Below are positions 24,997 through 33,226 of a stretch of DNA of 33,226 nt, in pieces. The position numbers and the translations under genes are program-made. Numbering within the stretch: the first letter of the stretch is position 1; every line of letters starts with the position of its first letter. The notes under the pieces are model-generated. The model saw only the letters and a list, made by a program, of their open reading frames with translations, was not told the DNA's origin and searched no databases. Origin of the DNA: Candidatus Gallibacteroides avistercoris (GTDB lineage: Bacteria; Bacteroidota; Bacteroidia; Bacteroidales; CHK158-818); assembly GCA_018714665.1 (NCBI GenBank), contig DVNA01000004.1, positions 1 to 33,226 of the forward strand. Direction: 5' to 3'.

Positions 24997-25773
24997 TTAT
25001 TCGCCTTTTCGGGTGGCGATAACCTGATTTTTGTATTTTAAATTGATTGCCTCGTACTTGTTCCATCCCACTTGGGGAAAGACCTGTTGGTACATGAGCA
25101 TGAGGTTGTCCAATTTTTGTTCAAAGTTATCTAATTTTCCCAACAAAATCAAGTGTGCGCCTACCCGAGGGATCAATTCAATCTCCTTGTCCGCGCGTAC
25201 ATATATCTGTTCTATCTGGGCGTTCCAGAATTTGTTCTCTTGCAGGAAGCGGGCAAACGGGAATAACTCTTTCTGTACGAACTCTTTATCGGCATATCCC
25301 GTAACCACAGGCAGGTACAGCGTAAAGTGGCGCGAGGTAGGCATATAGTTGCCCTTGTTGTCGATATAGAAGTTCCCCTCCGTGCCGATTACCCGCAGGA
25401 TGGGTACCCGTTGGGTGATGTCTATCCGGATGGCGCCTGCCAGCGTTTGGGTGGAGTCGCCCTGTAAGGTTACCATCCCTCCCGGAGTTTTATAACACTG
25501 GGCCTCTGCAATAAGTTGATTTTTCAACAAAGCAGCTTCGATTTCGTCCGTGTTGATCTCTTTCATCTCCTTCCCGATGGGGTTCAGGGAGGCCTGTCGG
25601 ATGATACGTTCTATCTCTTCCTTTTGGATAAACTGGTATTCGTCTTCATTTGTAATGTTGATTTTCAATTCATTACATATTTTCCGACCCTCCTCGTTGT
25701 TGTACACGATGAATGTGGCCAGCAGGTAGCAGGCCAATATACCCATGAGTATCAACTGAAAGATCCGTTTCAT
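24997..25773 (-). CDS. ftsQ: Cell division protein FtsQ (POTRA-domain, single TM)
   Basis: 258 aa. N-terminal TM helix (LILMGILACYLLATFIV). Position between murC and ftsA, with a 4-nt overlap with murC. Confidence 0.8.
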   Translation of the reverse strand: MKRIFQLILMGILACYLLATFIVYNNEEGRKICNELKINITNEDEYQFIQKEEIERIIRQASLNPIGKEMKEINTDEIEAALLKNQLIAEAQCYKTPGGMVTLQGDSTQTLAGAIRIDITQRVPILRVIGTEGNFYIDNKGNYMPTSRHFTLYLPVVTGYADKEFVQKELFPFARFLQENKFWNAQIEQIYVRADKEIELIPRVGAHLILLGKLDNFEQKLDNLMLMYQQVFPQVGWNKYEAINLKYKNQVIATRKGE

Positions 25774-27140
25774 TTCGTCTCCAAAATAGCTTTTATATCG
25801 GGCAACAGGCGGTCTATGTCTCCGGCTCCCAATGTGATTAACACCTCAAAGTTACGCTCTTTTATTTTTTCTAACAACATTTTTTTCTCACAAAGCTCTT
25901 TCTCTTTGCAGGTTACCTGGTCCAGGATGATTTGGGAGGTAACTCCCGGTATCGGCTGTTCGCGTGCCGGATAGATTTCGGTAAGAATCAGTTCGTCGAG
26001 CAGGGAGAGAGCCTTGGCAAAGTCGCCGGCGAAATCGCGCGTGCGGCTGTACAGGTGCGGTTGGAAAATCGCGCTGATTTTCTTGTCCGGATAGAGGGCT
26101 CGTACCGATTGGATGCTGGCGCGGATTTCGTCCGGATGGTGCGCATAGTCGTCTATCAACACGCATTTGTCCGTTTTCAACCAATAGTCGAAGCGGCGTT
26201 TGGCCCCTTTGAACGAGGCCATGGCTTGACGTATCGCCTCGGCGGGGATACCGTTCAGCCAGGCGATGGCCATGGCTGCAACGCCGTTTTCGATGTTTAT
26301 CTGTACGGGGACGCCTAACGAGATGTCCGGGATGACCTCCCGCGGGGTGACAAAATCGAATACGATCTCTCCGTTCCCGATGCGGATGTTGCGGGCGTAA
26401 AAGTCGCTTTCTTCGTTTCCGGCGTATTCATACACCTTGACACCCTCTTGGGTACGGGGTGTTGCGGCGATGCCTTTGTGCATGACCAGACATCCGCCCG
26501 GACGGATCAGGGAGGTGAAGCGACTGAAACTTTCCAGGTAGGCCTCGCGCGTCCCGTAAATGTCCAGGTGATCGGGGTCGGTAGCCGTAATGACGGCCAT
26601 ATAGGGCGACAGGTGGTGGAACGACCGGTCGTACTCGTCGGCCTCGATAATCGAGTAGGGGCTTTTGTTGTCGAGTATCAGGTTGCTGTCGTAGTTTTTC
26701 AGGATGCCTCCCAGGAAGGCGTTGCATCCGATACCCGACTGGTGGAAGATGTGCGCCGCCATGCTCGATGTGGTTGTTTTCCCGTGTGTACCGGCAAAAC
26801 AGAGGCCTTGGGAAGAACGGGTGATCAACCCCAGCAGTTCGGCCCGTTTGACGATGGTAAATCCGTTTTCCCGGAAATAGGAGAGACCGGCGTGCGTGTC
26901 GGGGACGGCCGGGGTACGGACAACCAGTGTGCTGCGGGCGTCTCTGCAATAGGACGGGATCAGCGAGACCGATTCGTCGTACACGATTTCAGCACCTTCG
27001 GCCAGGAGCTTTTCTGTCAGCTCCGAGGGGGTTTTGTCGTAGCCGGCTACCGGATAGCCTTTGGCCAGGAAGTAGCGTACCAATGCGCTCATCCCGATTC
27101 CTCCGGCTCCTACAAAATATAGCGAAGTATAATTAATCAT
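25770..27140 (-). CDS. murC: UDP-N-acetylmuramate--L-alanine ligase
   Basis: 456 aa. Segments: FVGAGGIGMSALVRYF, AGTHGKTTTSSM, DDYAHHPDE. Confidence 0.95.
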   Translation of the reverse strand: MINYTSLYFVGAGGIGMSALVRYFLAKGYPVAGYDKTPSELTEKLLAEGAEIVYDESVSLIPSYCRDARSTLVVRTPAVPDTHAGLSYFRENGFTIVKRAELLGLITRSSQGLCFAGTHGKTTTSSMAAHIFHQSGIGCNAFLGGILKNYDSNLILDNKSPYSIIEADEYDRSFHHLSPYMAVITATDPDHLDIYGTREAYLESFSRFTSLIRPGGCLVMHKGIAATPRTQEGVKVYEYAGNEESDFYARNIRIGNGEIVFDFVTPREVIPDISLGVPVQINIENGVAAMAIAWLNGIPAEAIRQAMASFKGAKRRFDYWLKTDKCVLIDDYAHHPDEIRASIQSVRALYPDKKISAIFQPHLYSRTRDFAGDFAKALSLLDELILTEIYPAREQPIPGVTSQIILDQVTCKEKELCEKKMLLEKIKERNFEVLITLGAGDIDRLLPDIKAILETK

Positions 27141-28245
27141 GGCGTTTTTTTATTAGTCCGAAAATGATCTCTGCAATTCGTTCGGCAGAACGGGGTTGCG
27201 CCAACTGCGATACCTGTTGGCTCAATGCCTGCAAGTGGGTATCGTTTTTGAGGGTACTCAATGCCAAGGGTACAAGCTGTTCCCGGGCCTGGTTGTCCGG
27301 AACCATGAAAGCTGCCTCTTTTTCTTGCAGGGCCAACGCGTTTTTGGTCTGATGATCCTCTGCCACGTTGGGGGAGGGAACCAGGATAGACGGTTTGCCC
27401 AGCAGACAAAGTTCGGAGATGGAGCTGGCCCCGGCCCGCGAGATGATCAGGTCGGCCGCCCGGTAGGCGATTGCCATTTGGGCAATGAAAGGCATCTGTG
27501 CCACGTTCGGGTATTTCCCTCCGGCGAGCAGCTTTTGTGCCTGTGGGTCGTACCATTTTCCGGTTTGCCAGATCAGCTGTACCGATTGTGCCGCGATGGC
27601 ATCCAGCTGATTTGCGATGCTTTCATTGATGGTGCGAGCGCCGAGACTTCCGCCGATTACCAGCAATGTTTTTTTATCCGGGTTCAACCCGAAGAAACAC
27701 CGTGCCTCCTGGGGGATCATCGGGGTATTGAGCAACTCTTGCCGTACCGGGTTGCCGGTCAGGATGATTTTATTCTTGGGGAAGAAGCGCTCCATCCCTT
27801 CGTATGCGACGCAAATGGCCGAGGCTTTCGAGGCCAGCAGTTTGTTGGTTACTCCGGCGTAGGAGTTTTGCTCCTGGATGAGGGTGGGTATGCCCAGATG
27901 CGAAGCCATCCACAAGGTAGGGCCGCTGGCGTAGCCGCCTACCCCCACGACGACATCGGGTCGGAAATCCCGGATGGTCTTGCGGGCCTTTATCAAACTT
28001 TTGCAGAGCCGAAACAGCACCTGTATGTTGCGCAGCGGGTTCTTGCGGTCGAATCCGGAGACGGGCAATCCCACGATCGGGTAACCGGCGGCGGGCACTT
28101 TTTCCATTTCCATCCGTGATTCGGCACCTACAAAGAGAATATCCGCTTCGGGATTCTTTTCTTTGATGGCGTTTGCGATGGAGATGGCCGGAAAGATATG
28201 CCCTCCCGTACCGCCTCCGCTTATGATGATTCTGACAGGTTTCAT
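27133..28245 (-). CDS. murG: Undecaprenyldiphospho-muramoylpentapeptide beta-N-acetylglucosaminyltransferase
   Basis: ATG at 28245 (MKPVRIIISGGGTGGHIFPA). The track start at 28251 is a TTG. 370 aa; GT28 family. Confidence 0.95.
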   Translation of the reverse strand: MKPVRIIISGGGTGGHIFPAISIANAIKEKNPEADILFVGAESRMEMEKVPAAGYPIVGLPVSGFDRKNPLRNIQVLFRLCKSLIKARKTIRDFRPDVVVGVGGYASGPTLWMASHLGIPTLIQEQNSYAGVTNKLLASKASAICVAYEGMERFFPKNKIILTGNPVRQELLNTPMIPQEARCFFGLNPDKKTLLVIGGSLGARTINESIANQLDAIAAQSVQLIWQTGKWYDPQAQKLLAGGKYPNVAQMPFIAQMAIAYRAADLIISRAGASSISELCLLGKPSILVPSPNVAEDHQTKNALALQEKEAAFMVPDNQAREQLVPLALSTLKNDTHLQALSQQVSQLAQPRSAERIAEIIFGLIKKRHD

Positions 28246-28257
28246 AATCAACCGTTG

Positions 28258-29562
28258 TTAATAAAACACATCTCTTGTACGAATATCCTCTGCTGCCGGG
28301 GTCTCCCCTTCGTAGTAGGTATTCTCCTCGATTTTTTGGCCTTCCGCCTCTTCCGGCTCTTCGGCTTCTTTTGTCTCTGTTACGGGCATTACTCCGTAGT
28401 GGCTGACACTCAGGATAATGCCGAAATATACACAGGTAATCAGCGTAGAGGTTCCCCCCCGGCTGATCAGGGGCAGCGGTTGCCCGGTAACGGGCATCAG
28501 CCCTACCGAAACGGCCATGTGCATGATGGCCTGGAAGACGATGATCAACGTACATCCCATAATCAGGAATGCGGGAGAGGCCCTTGTGCACCGTTTGGCG
28601 ATAATCCCCGCCCGGACTAACAGCCACAGGTAGAGCAACATCACCACAATTCCGCCGATGTAACCCATCTCTTCGATGATGATGGCGTATATGAAATCGG
28701 AAAAGGCCTGGGGCAGGAAGTCGCGTTCGATGCTGTTCCCCGGGAAGAGTCCGAAAACACCCCCGTTGGCCACTGCCATCCGGGCATGGTGCACCTGGTA
28801 GTTTTCATCCACGGTGGGTTCTTCGTAGGCGGGTACACCATCCTCTCCGGTGAAGTGGGCCATACGGTTGATCCATGTCTGGGCGCGGTCCATTCCCGGA
28901 ATACCCTCGGGCATGCGCGGTATTACCAGAAATATGATGGACAGGAATACAATCGCTATACCTACCAGGAGAGCAATCTTTTTCCACTCTATGCGTCCGA
29001 TGATCATCATGCAGAAGCAGACGACACCCAGCAGAAAGGCCGTCGAGAAGTTTTCGGGCAGAATCAACAGGCAGGCGGGAGTTACTACCCAGAGGATGTT
29101 TTTAAAGGCATCTTTGCTGACCCCATCCGGACGTTGGCTGCGGGCCAGGATAAAGGCTACGGCCGTGATAACCCCCAGTTTGGCCAGTTCGGAGGGTTGT
29201 ACCGTAAACCCGAACAGTTGTATCACCCGTTGCGCTCCGTTGATGGTCTTCCCGAAAAACATCGTATAGACCAACAACAGTCCCGATACCGGAATCAAAA
29301 AAATCGGTATCAGCTTGAAGTATTTGATCGGGATGTTGTGAATGGCCACTACCAGCGTAGTTCCCAGTAATAGAAAGATGCAATGCCGGATGGTAGGGGC
29401 AAAGTAATCCTGTTCCTTGAAAGTCAAAGTACTGGTAGCACTGTATATCTCGATGATGGAGATAAAACAGAGGATAAAATAGATTCCCCAGATGTATTTG
29501 TCTCCTTTTAAAAGACCTTCTTTCTTTTCTTCTTCTCCAACAGGTGGTCTCTCCGTATCCAT
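28258..29562 (-). CDS. ftsW: SEDS-family peptidoglycan glycosyltransferase FtsW
   Basis: 434 aa polytopic. Segments: QPSELAKL, TGQPLPLISRGGTS. Position between murD and murG. Confidence 0.9.
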   Translation of the reverse strand: MDTERPPVGEEEKKEGLLKGDKYIWGIYFILCFISIIEIYSATSTLTFKEQDYFAPTIRHCIFLLLGTTLVVAIHNIPIKYFKLIPIFLIPVSGLLLVYTMFFGKTINGAQRVIQLFGFTVQPSELAKLGVITAVAFILARSQRPDGVSKDAFKNILWVVTPACLLILPENFSTAFLLGVVCFCMMIIGRIEWKKIALLVGIAIVFLSIIFLVIPRMPEGIPGMDRAQTWINRMAHFTGEDGVPAYEEPTVDENYQVHHARMAVANGGVFGLFPGNSIERDFLPQAFSDFIYAIIIEEMGYIGGIVVMLLYLWLLVRAGIIAKRCTRASPAFLIMGCTLIIVFQAIMHMAVSVGLMPVTGQPLPLISRGGTSTLITCVYFGIILSVSHYGVMPVTETKEAEEPEEAEGQKIEENTYYEGETPAAEDIRTRDVFY

Positions 29563-29583
29563 ATATGAAATGTATTATTCGGG

Positions 29584-30921
29584 TTACAGGTTGCGGACGC
29601 ACGCTTTGAACTGCTCTCCGCGGTCTTCGTAGCTTTTAAACAGGTCGAAGCTGGCACAGCAGGGCGAGAGCAGCACCGTATCGCCTTTTTCGGCTATTTC
29701 GTATGCCTGGTTCACAGCCTCTTGCATGGATGACGCATCGGTTATCCGGCCTACCTTGCCGTCGAAAAATTGATGCAGCTTGGAGTTGTCCACCCCCATG
29801 CAGACAATGGCTTTTACCTTGTCGTGCACCAGTTGTTCTATTTCGGTATAATCGTTTCCTTTGTCTTTTCCCCCTAATATCAGCACTACGGGCGTGTTCA
29901 TGCTTTGCAGGGCATACCAGCAGGAGTTTACGTTGGTGGCTTTCGAGTCGTTTATATAGGTTACGCCCCGTACGCATGCCACGGGTTCCAACCGGTGTTC
30001 TACGCCTTTGAAGTTGCTCAATGCGGCCCGGATGTCTTCGTTGCGGATATCCAGCAGGTGGGCCGAAATGCCGGCAGCCAACGAGTTGAACAGGTTGTGC
30101 GTACCGCGCAAGGCCAGTTCTTCTTCGGGCATTACAAAGGGCATATCCGAGGTTTCGATAAATATTTGATGGTTCTCCGTGTAGGCTTTGGCTCCCTTCT
30201 CTTTCGTCTGGGCAAAAGGATAGAGGCGGGCCTGGGGACGGACCAGTTCCAGCTCCCGCGAGATGATGGGATCGTCGTTCCAGAAAATGAATGCATCCTC
30301 TTTGGTCTGGTTCTGTACGATGCGGAATTTGGCGTTGATGTAATTCTGCATATTGTATTCGTAGCGGTCCAGGTGGTCGGGAGTGATGTTCAGCAGGATG
30401 GCGATGTTGGCCTTGAAGCGGTACATATTGTCCAGCTGGAAGCTGCTGAGCTCGATTACGTAATAGTCGAAATTTTCTGTGGCCACCTGTAACGCCAGGC
30501 TTCTTCCCACGTTTCCGGCCAGCCCGACGTTTAATCCGGCATTTTTGAGGATGTGGTAGGTCAGCAGTGTTGTCGTGGTTTTGCCGTTGCTACCGGTGAT
30601 ACAGACCATTTTGGCCGAGGTATATCGTCCGGCAAACTCTATTTCGGAGATAATCGGTATCTTCTTCTCTTTGATTGCTTGGATGATAGGAGCTTTATCG
30701 GGAATTCCGGGGCTTTTTATCACTTCGTCGGCCGTCAGTATTTTGTCGAATGTATGGGTCGATTCTTCCCATGCTATCTGATACGAGTCGAGTAGCTTTT
30801 TATATTTGTCTTTGATGGCAGACATATCCGAAACGAATACGTCCAGTCCTTTTGTCTTGGCCAACACGGCTGCTCCGCTACCGCTCTCTCCGGCTCCCAA
30901 TACAACAATGCGTTTGCTCAT
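29584..30921 (-). CDS. murD: UDP-N-acetylmuramoylalanine--D-glutamate ligase
   Basis: 445 aa. Segments: VVLGAGESGSGAA, ITGSNGKTTTT, INDSKATN. Confidence 0.95.
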   Translation of the reverse strand: MSKRIVVLGAGESGSGAAVLAKTKGLDVFVSDMSAIKDKYKKLLDSYQIAWEESTHTFDKILTADEVIKSPGIPDKAPIIQAIKEKKIPIISEIEFAGRYTSAKMVCITGSNGKTTTTLLTYHILKNAGLNVGLAGNVGRSLALQVATENFDYYVIELSSFQLDNMYRFKANIAILLNITPDHLDRYEYNMQNYINAKFRIVQNQTKEDAFIFWNDDPIISRELELVRPQARLYPFAQTKEKGAKAYTENHQIFIETSDMPFVMPEEELALRGTHNLFNSLAAGISAHLLDIRNEDIRAALSNFKGVEHRLEPVACVRGVTYINDSKATNVNSCWYALQSMNTPVVLILGGKDKGNDYTEIEQLVHDKVKAIVCMGVDNSKLHQFFDGKVGRITDASSMQEAVNQAYEIAEKGDTVLLSPCCASFDLFKSYEDRGEQFKACVRNL

Positions 30922-30925
30922 TTCT

Positions 30926-32188
30926 TTATCTGATTTTTAAGGTAACTATGGTGATAACGGCCAGAATGATGCTGACAATCCAGAACCGTACGACGATTTT
31001 CGATTCGGGGATGGCCCGCAACGGCCGTTGTATAAGTGCATCTATCCCGGCGTTTCCTGCTTTCTGGAAATGGTGGTGGAGGGGGGTCATTTTAAAAATG
31101 CGCTTCCCCTCGCCATATTTCTTTTTGGTGTATTTAAAATAGGCGACCTGCAATACGACAGAGAGGTTTTCAACCAGGAATACGCCGCACAGGATGGGTA
31201 TCAACAGCTCTTTGTGTATGATGATGGCAAATACGGCAATGATACCGCCCAATGTCAGGCTTCCCGTATCGCCCATGAAAACCTGTGCGGGATAGGCGTT
31301 ATACCATAAGAACCCGATGGTAGCACCGATAAATGCGCTGGCAAATACCACCAGCTCTTCCGTCCCGGGTATATACATGATGTTGAGGTAAGAGGCGTAG
31401 TTGATGTGTCCCGACAGGTAGGCCAGGATACCCAGCGTTACACCGATGATGGCCGAACTTCCGGTTGCCAGTCCGTCCAGCCCGTCGGTCAGGTTGGCGC
31501 CGTTGGATACGGCGGTAACGATAAAGATGGTAATCAGCACGAAGATGATCCAGCCGGCCGCTTGTGCATAGTCGCCCATGAACGATACCAGGTCGGCGTA
31601 GTCGAAGTTGTTGTTTTTCAGGAACGGGATGGTAGTCTGGGTCGATTTGATGTTTTCGGGCATATAGAGCACCTCGGTCGTGTTATCCTTTTCGTCGATG
31701 ACCTGTACGTTTTCCCGGATAACCACATCCGGGCTCAGGTAGAGGGTTAACCCGACAATCAGCCCCAACCCGACCTGTCCGATTATCTTGAACCGTCCGT
31801 GCAGCCCCTCCTTGTCTTTTTTGAAAACCTTGATGTAGTCGTCGGCAAAACCGATAGCCCCTAACCACAAGGTGGTGATGAGCATCAGAAGGATATAGAT
31901 GTTGGTCAGTTTGGCAAACAGCAGGCAGGGTACGATGACCGATATGATGATGATGACCCCTCCCATGGTGGGGGTGCCCTTTTTGCTCATCTGTCCCTCC
32001 AACCCCAGATTGCGGATGATTTCTCCAATCTGTTTGTATTGCAGCTTGTCGATAATCCGCCGTCCGATGATGGTCGATAGGAACAACGATGTGATGAGCG
32101 CCATGGCAGAGCGGAAACTGATGTATTTGAACATCCCGGCTCCCGGCAAGTCGAACTGGTCTAAGTATTGAAAAAGATGGTATAGCAT
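30926..32188 (-). CDS. mraY: Phospho-N-acetylmuramoyl-pentapeptide transferase
   Basis: 420 aa. Segments: [38 protein letters not shown]. Confidence 0.95.
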   Translation of the reverse strand: MLYHLFQYLDQFDLPGAGMFKYISFRSAMALITSLFLSTIIGRRIIDKLQYKQIGEIIRNLGLEGQMSKKGTPTMGGVIIIISVIVPCLLFAKLTNIYILLMLITTLWLGAIGFADDYIKVFKKDKEGLHGRFKIIGQVGLGLIVGLTLYLSPDVVIRENVQVIDEKDNTTEVLYMPENIKSTQTTIPFLKNNNFDYADLVSFMGDYAQAAGWIIFVLITIFIVTAVSNGANLTDGLDGLATGSSAIIGVTLGILAYLSGHINYASYLNIMYIPGTEELVVFASAFIGATIGFLWYNAYPAQVFMGDTGSLTLGGIIAVFAIIIHKELLIPILCGVFLVENLSVVLQVAYFKYTKKKYGEGKRIFKMTPLHHHFQKAGNAGIDALIQRPLRAIPESKIVVRFWIVSIILAVITIVTLKIR

Positions 32189-32193
32189 GATCT

Positions 32194-33226
32194 CTACTGC
32201 ATTTGGGCGAACAACGCCTCGATTTCTTCCTTGTCGTTAAAATGGTGTTTTACACCTTGTATCTCCTGGTAGTCTTCGTGCCCTTTGCCGGCCACTACTA
32301 CCACGTCGCCCGGTTGCGCCAGCATGACGGCCGTCTTGATGGCCTGCCGGCGGTCGGTGATGGTCAAGACCTTTTGTTGTTGTTCGGGCGTTAGGCCTTG
32401 CAGCATATCGTCGATGATGGCTTCGGGTTGTTCAAAACGCGGGTTGTCCGATGTCAGGATGACCCGGTCGCTTTGGGCCACCGTTTCCTGAGCCATCAAC
32501 GGACGTTTCCCTTTGTCGCGGTTACCGCCGGCTCCTACCACCGAAATGACCTTCCCTTTTGCGTTGAGTACCTCGTGAACAGCCGTCAGGATGTTTTTGA
32601 TGGCGTCGGGCGTGTGTGCGTAATCGACGATTGCCGTGAATCCGTTGGGCGAACGCAGGGTCTGGAACCTGCCTGATACCGGGATTAACCGGCTCATGTT
32701 TACCAGCAGGGTTTCTTTGTCCATCCCCAACAGGGTAGCCGCCCCGTAAACGGCTAACAGGTTGTAGGCGTTGAAACGCCCTACGAAACGGACAAACAGT
32801 TGGCGATTGTTTATCTCCAACTCCGTACCGTCGAAGTGGCTTTCCAGGATGCGGCCCTTAAAGTCGGCCATCCCTCGCAACGAGTAGGTATATTGGGCCG
32901 CAGCCGTATTTTGTAACATCACCCTGCCGTTTTTGTCGTCGCCGTTGGTCAGGGCAAACGCATCGGCCGGAAGGGCGTCGAAAAATCCCTTTTTGGCTTT
33001 CAGATACGCTTCGACCGTTTTGTGGTAGTCGAGGTGGTCGCGGGTCAGGTTGGTGAAGATTCCCCCTTTGAACCGAAGCCCTGCGATGCGTTTCTGATCT
33101 ACCGAATGGGAGCTGACCTCCATGAAGGCGTGCCGGCATCCGGCTTCGACCATCCTGCCGAGCAGGTAGTTCAGCTCGAATGGGTCGGGGGTGGTATGCG
33201 TAGCGGCGATGGCCTCTTTCCCGATG
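32194..33226 (-). CDS. murE: UDP-N-acetylmuramoyl-L-alanyl-D-glutamate--2,6-diaminopimelate ligase (5'-truncated by window edge)
   Basis: The reading frame stays open past the track's internal Met (33153) to the window end (...[20 protein letters not shown]). Segments: [26 protein letters not shown]. Confidence 0.92.
   Translation of the reverse strand, partial: IGKEAIAATHTTPDPFELNYLLGRMVEAGCRHAFMEVSSHSVDQKRIAGLRFKGGIFTNLTRDHLDYHKTVEAYLKAKKGFFDALPADAFALTNGDDKNGRVMLQNTAAAQYTYSLRGMADFKGRILESHFDGTELEINNRQLFVRFVGRFNAYNLLAVYGAATLLGMDKETLLVNMSRLIPVSGRFQTLRSPNGFTAIVDYAHTPDAIKNILTAVHEVLNAKGKVISVVGAGGNRDKGKRPLMAQETVAQSDRVILTSDNPRFEQPEAIIDDMLQGLTPEQQQKVLTITDRRQAIKTAVMLAQPGDVVVVAGKGHEDYQEIQGVKHHFNDKEEIEALFAQMQ

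Noticed and set aside
4016-28119. Other long antisense or out-of-frame ORFs in the track: 4016-5179(-), 5152-6081(-), 12702-13316(+), 15373-16518(-), 21251-22306(+), 26448-27122(+), 27196-28119(+), and similar.
   Set aside because: - All but 21251-22306 are codon-aligned mirror frames of clearly conserved genes (wzx, GT2, legB, GT2, murC, murG).
- 21251-22306 is a low-complexity frame opposite serS and yqeY.
- None has motifs, its own promoter or terminator, or free coding space.
1-33226. Scan for CRISPR repeats, IS or transposase, integrase, phage, toxin-antitoxin or defence genes, and for a clear compositional island around the glycan locus.
   Set aside because: - I noticed no tandem or spaced direct repeats by eye, and no ORF has transposase, integrase or nuclease motifs.
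- The tRNA pair is not flanked by an integrase or by duplicated att-like tRNA 3' ends.
- Local GC varies widely within single genes in my hand counts, so I cannot support a horizontal-transfer claim without a computed GC or codon-usage profile.

Overview
This window looks like a chromosomal segment from a Bacteroidota (probably Bacteroidales) genome. The evidence for that is TAnnTTTG-type -7 promoter boxes, no Shine-Dalgarno sequences, and a Bacteroidetes-style dcw cluster without murF or ddl. All calls come from reading the ORF translations and DNA by eye; no searches were run.

Three parts:
1. **Housekeeping (1-3754):** a membrane TPR protein, ribH, a tRNA-Tyr(GTA)/tRNA-Gly(TCC) pair, and metG.
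2. **Glycan island (3785-16392, about 12.6 kb; possibly extending to the YfhO gene ending at 18913):**
   - wzx flippase and a GT2 glycosyltransferase on the + strand.
   - A convergent, tightly packed nine-gene operon on the - strand. It encodes a CstII-like transferase candidate and what looks like a complete GDP-route legionaminic-acid (nonulosonic acid) pathway: LegB dehydratase, LegC aminotransferase, PglD/NeuD-type acetyltransferase, NeuB synthase, NeuC hydrolysing 2-epimerase, a PtmE-like CBS-nucleotidyltransferase and a CMP-NulO synthetase, plus a KdsC/KDN-9-P-type HAD phosphatase.
   - Divergent GT4 and GT2 genes, then a convergent YfhO-family (GT-C-like) membrane protein.
3. **Housekeeping on the - strand (18968-33226):** ahcY, serS, a GatB/YqeY protein, and the dcw genes ftsZ, ftsA, ftsQ, murC, murG, ftsW, murD, mraY and murE (murE is cut by the window edge).

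The most interesting reading is that the metG-linked island, which has a flippase but no polymerase, is an lfg-type general protein O-glycosylation locus capped with a legionaminic-acid-type sugar. Three of its components are not explained by textbook pathways:
- A 289-aa CstII/GT42-like candidate nonulosonic-acid transferase.
- A HAD phosphatase with no obvious substrate in a 9-deoxy pathway.
- An adjacent GT-C-like YfhO protein.

I saw no CRISPR arrays, mobile elements, rRNA or defence genes. The many long antisense ORFs in the track are codon-bias shadows, not genes.
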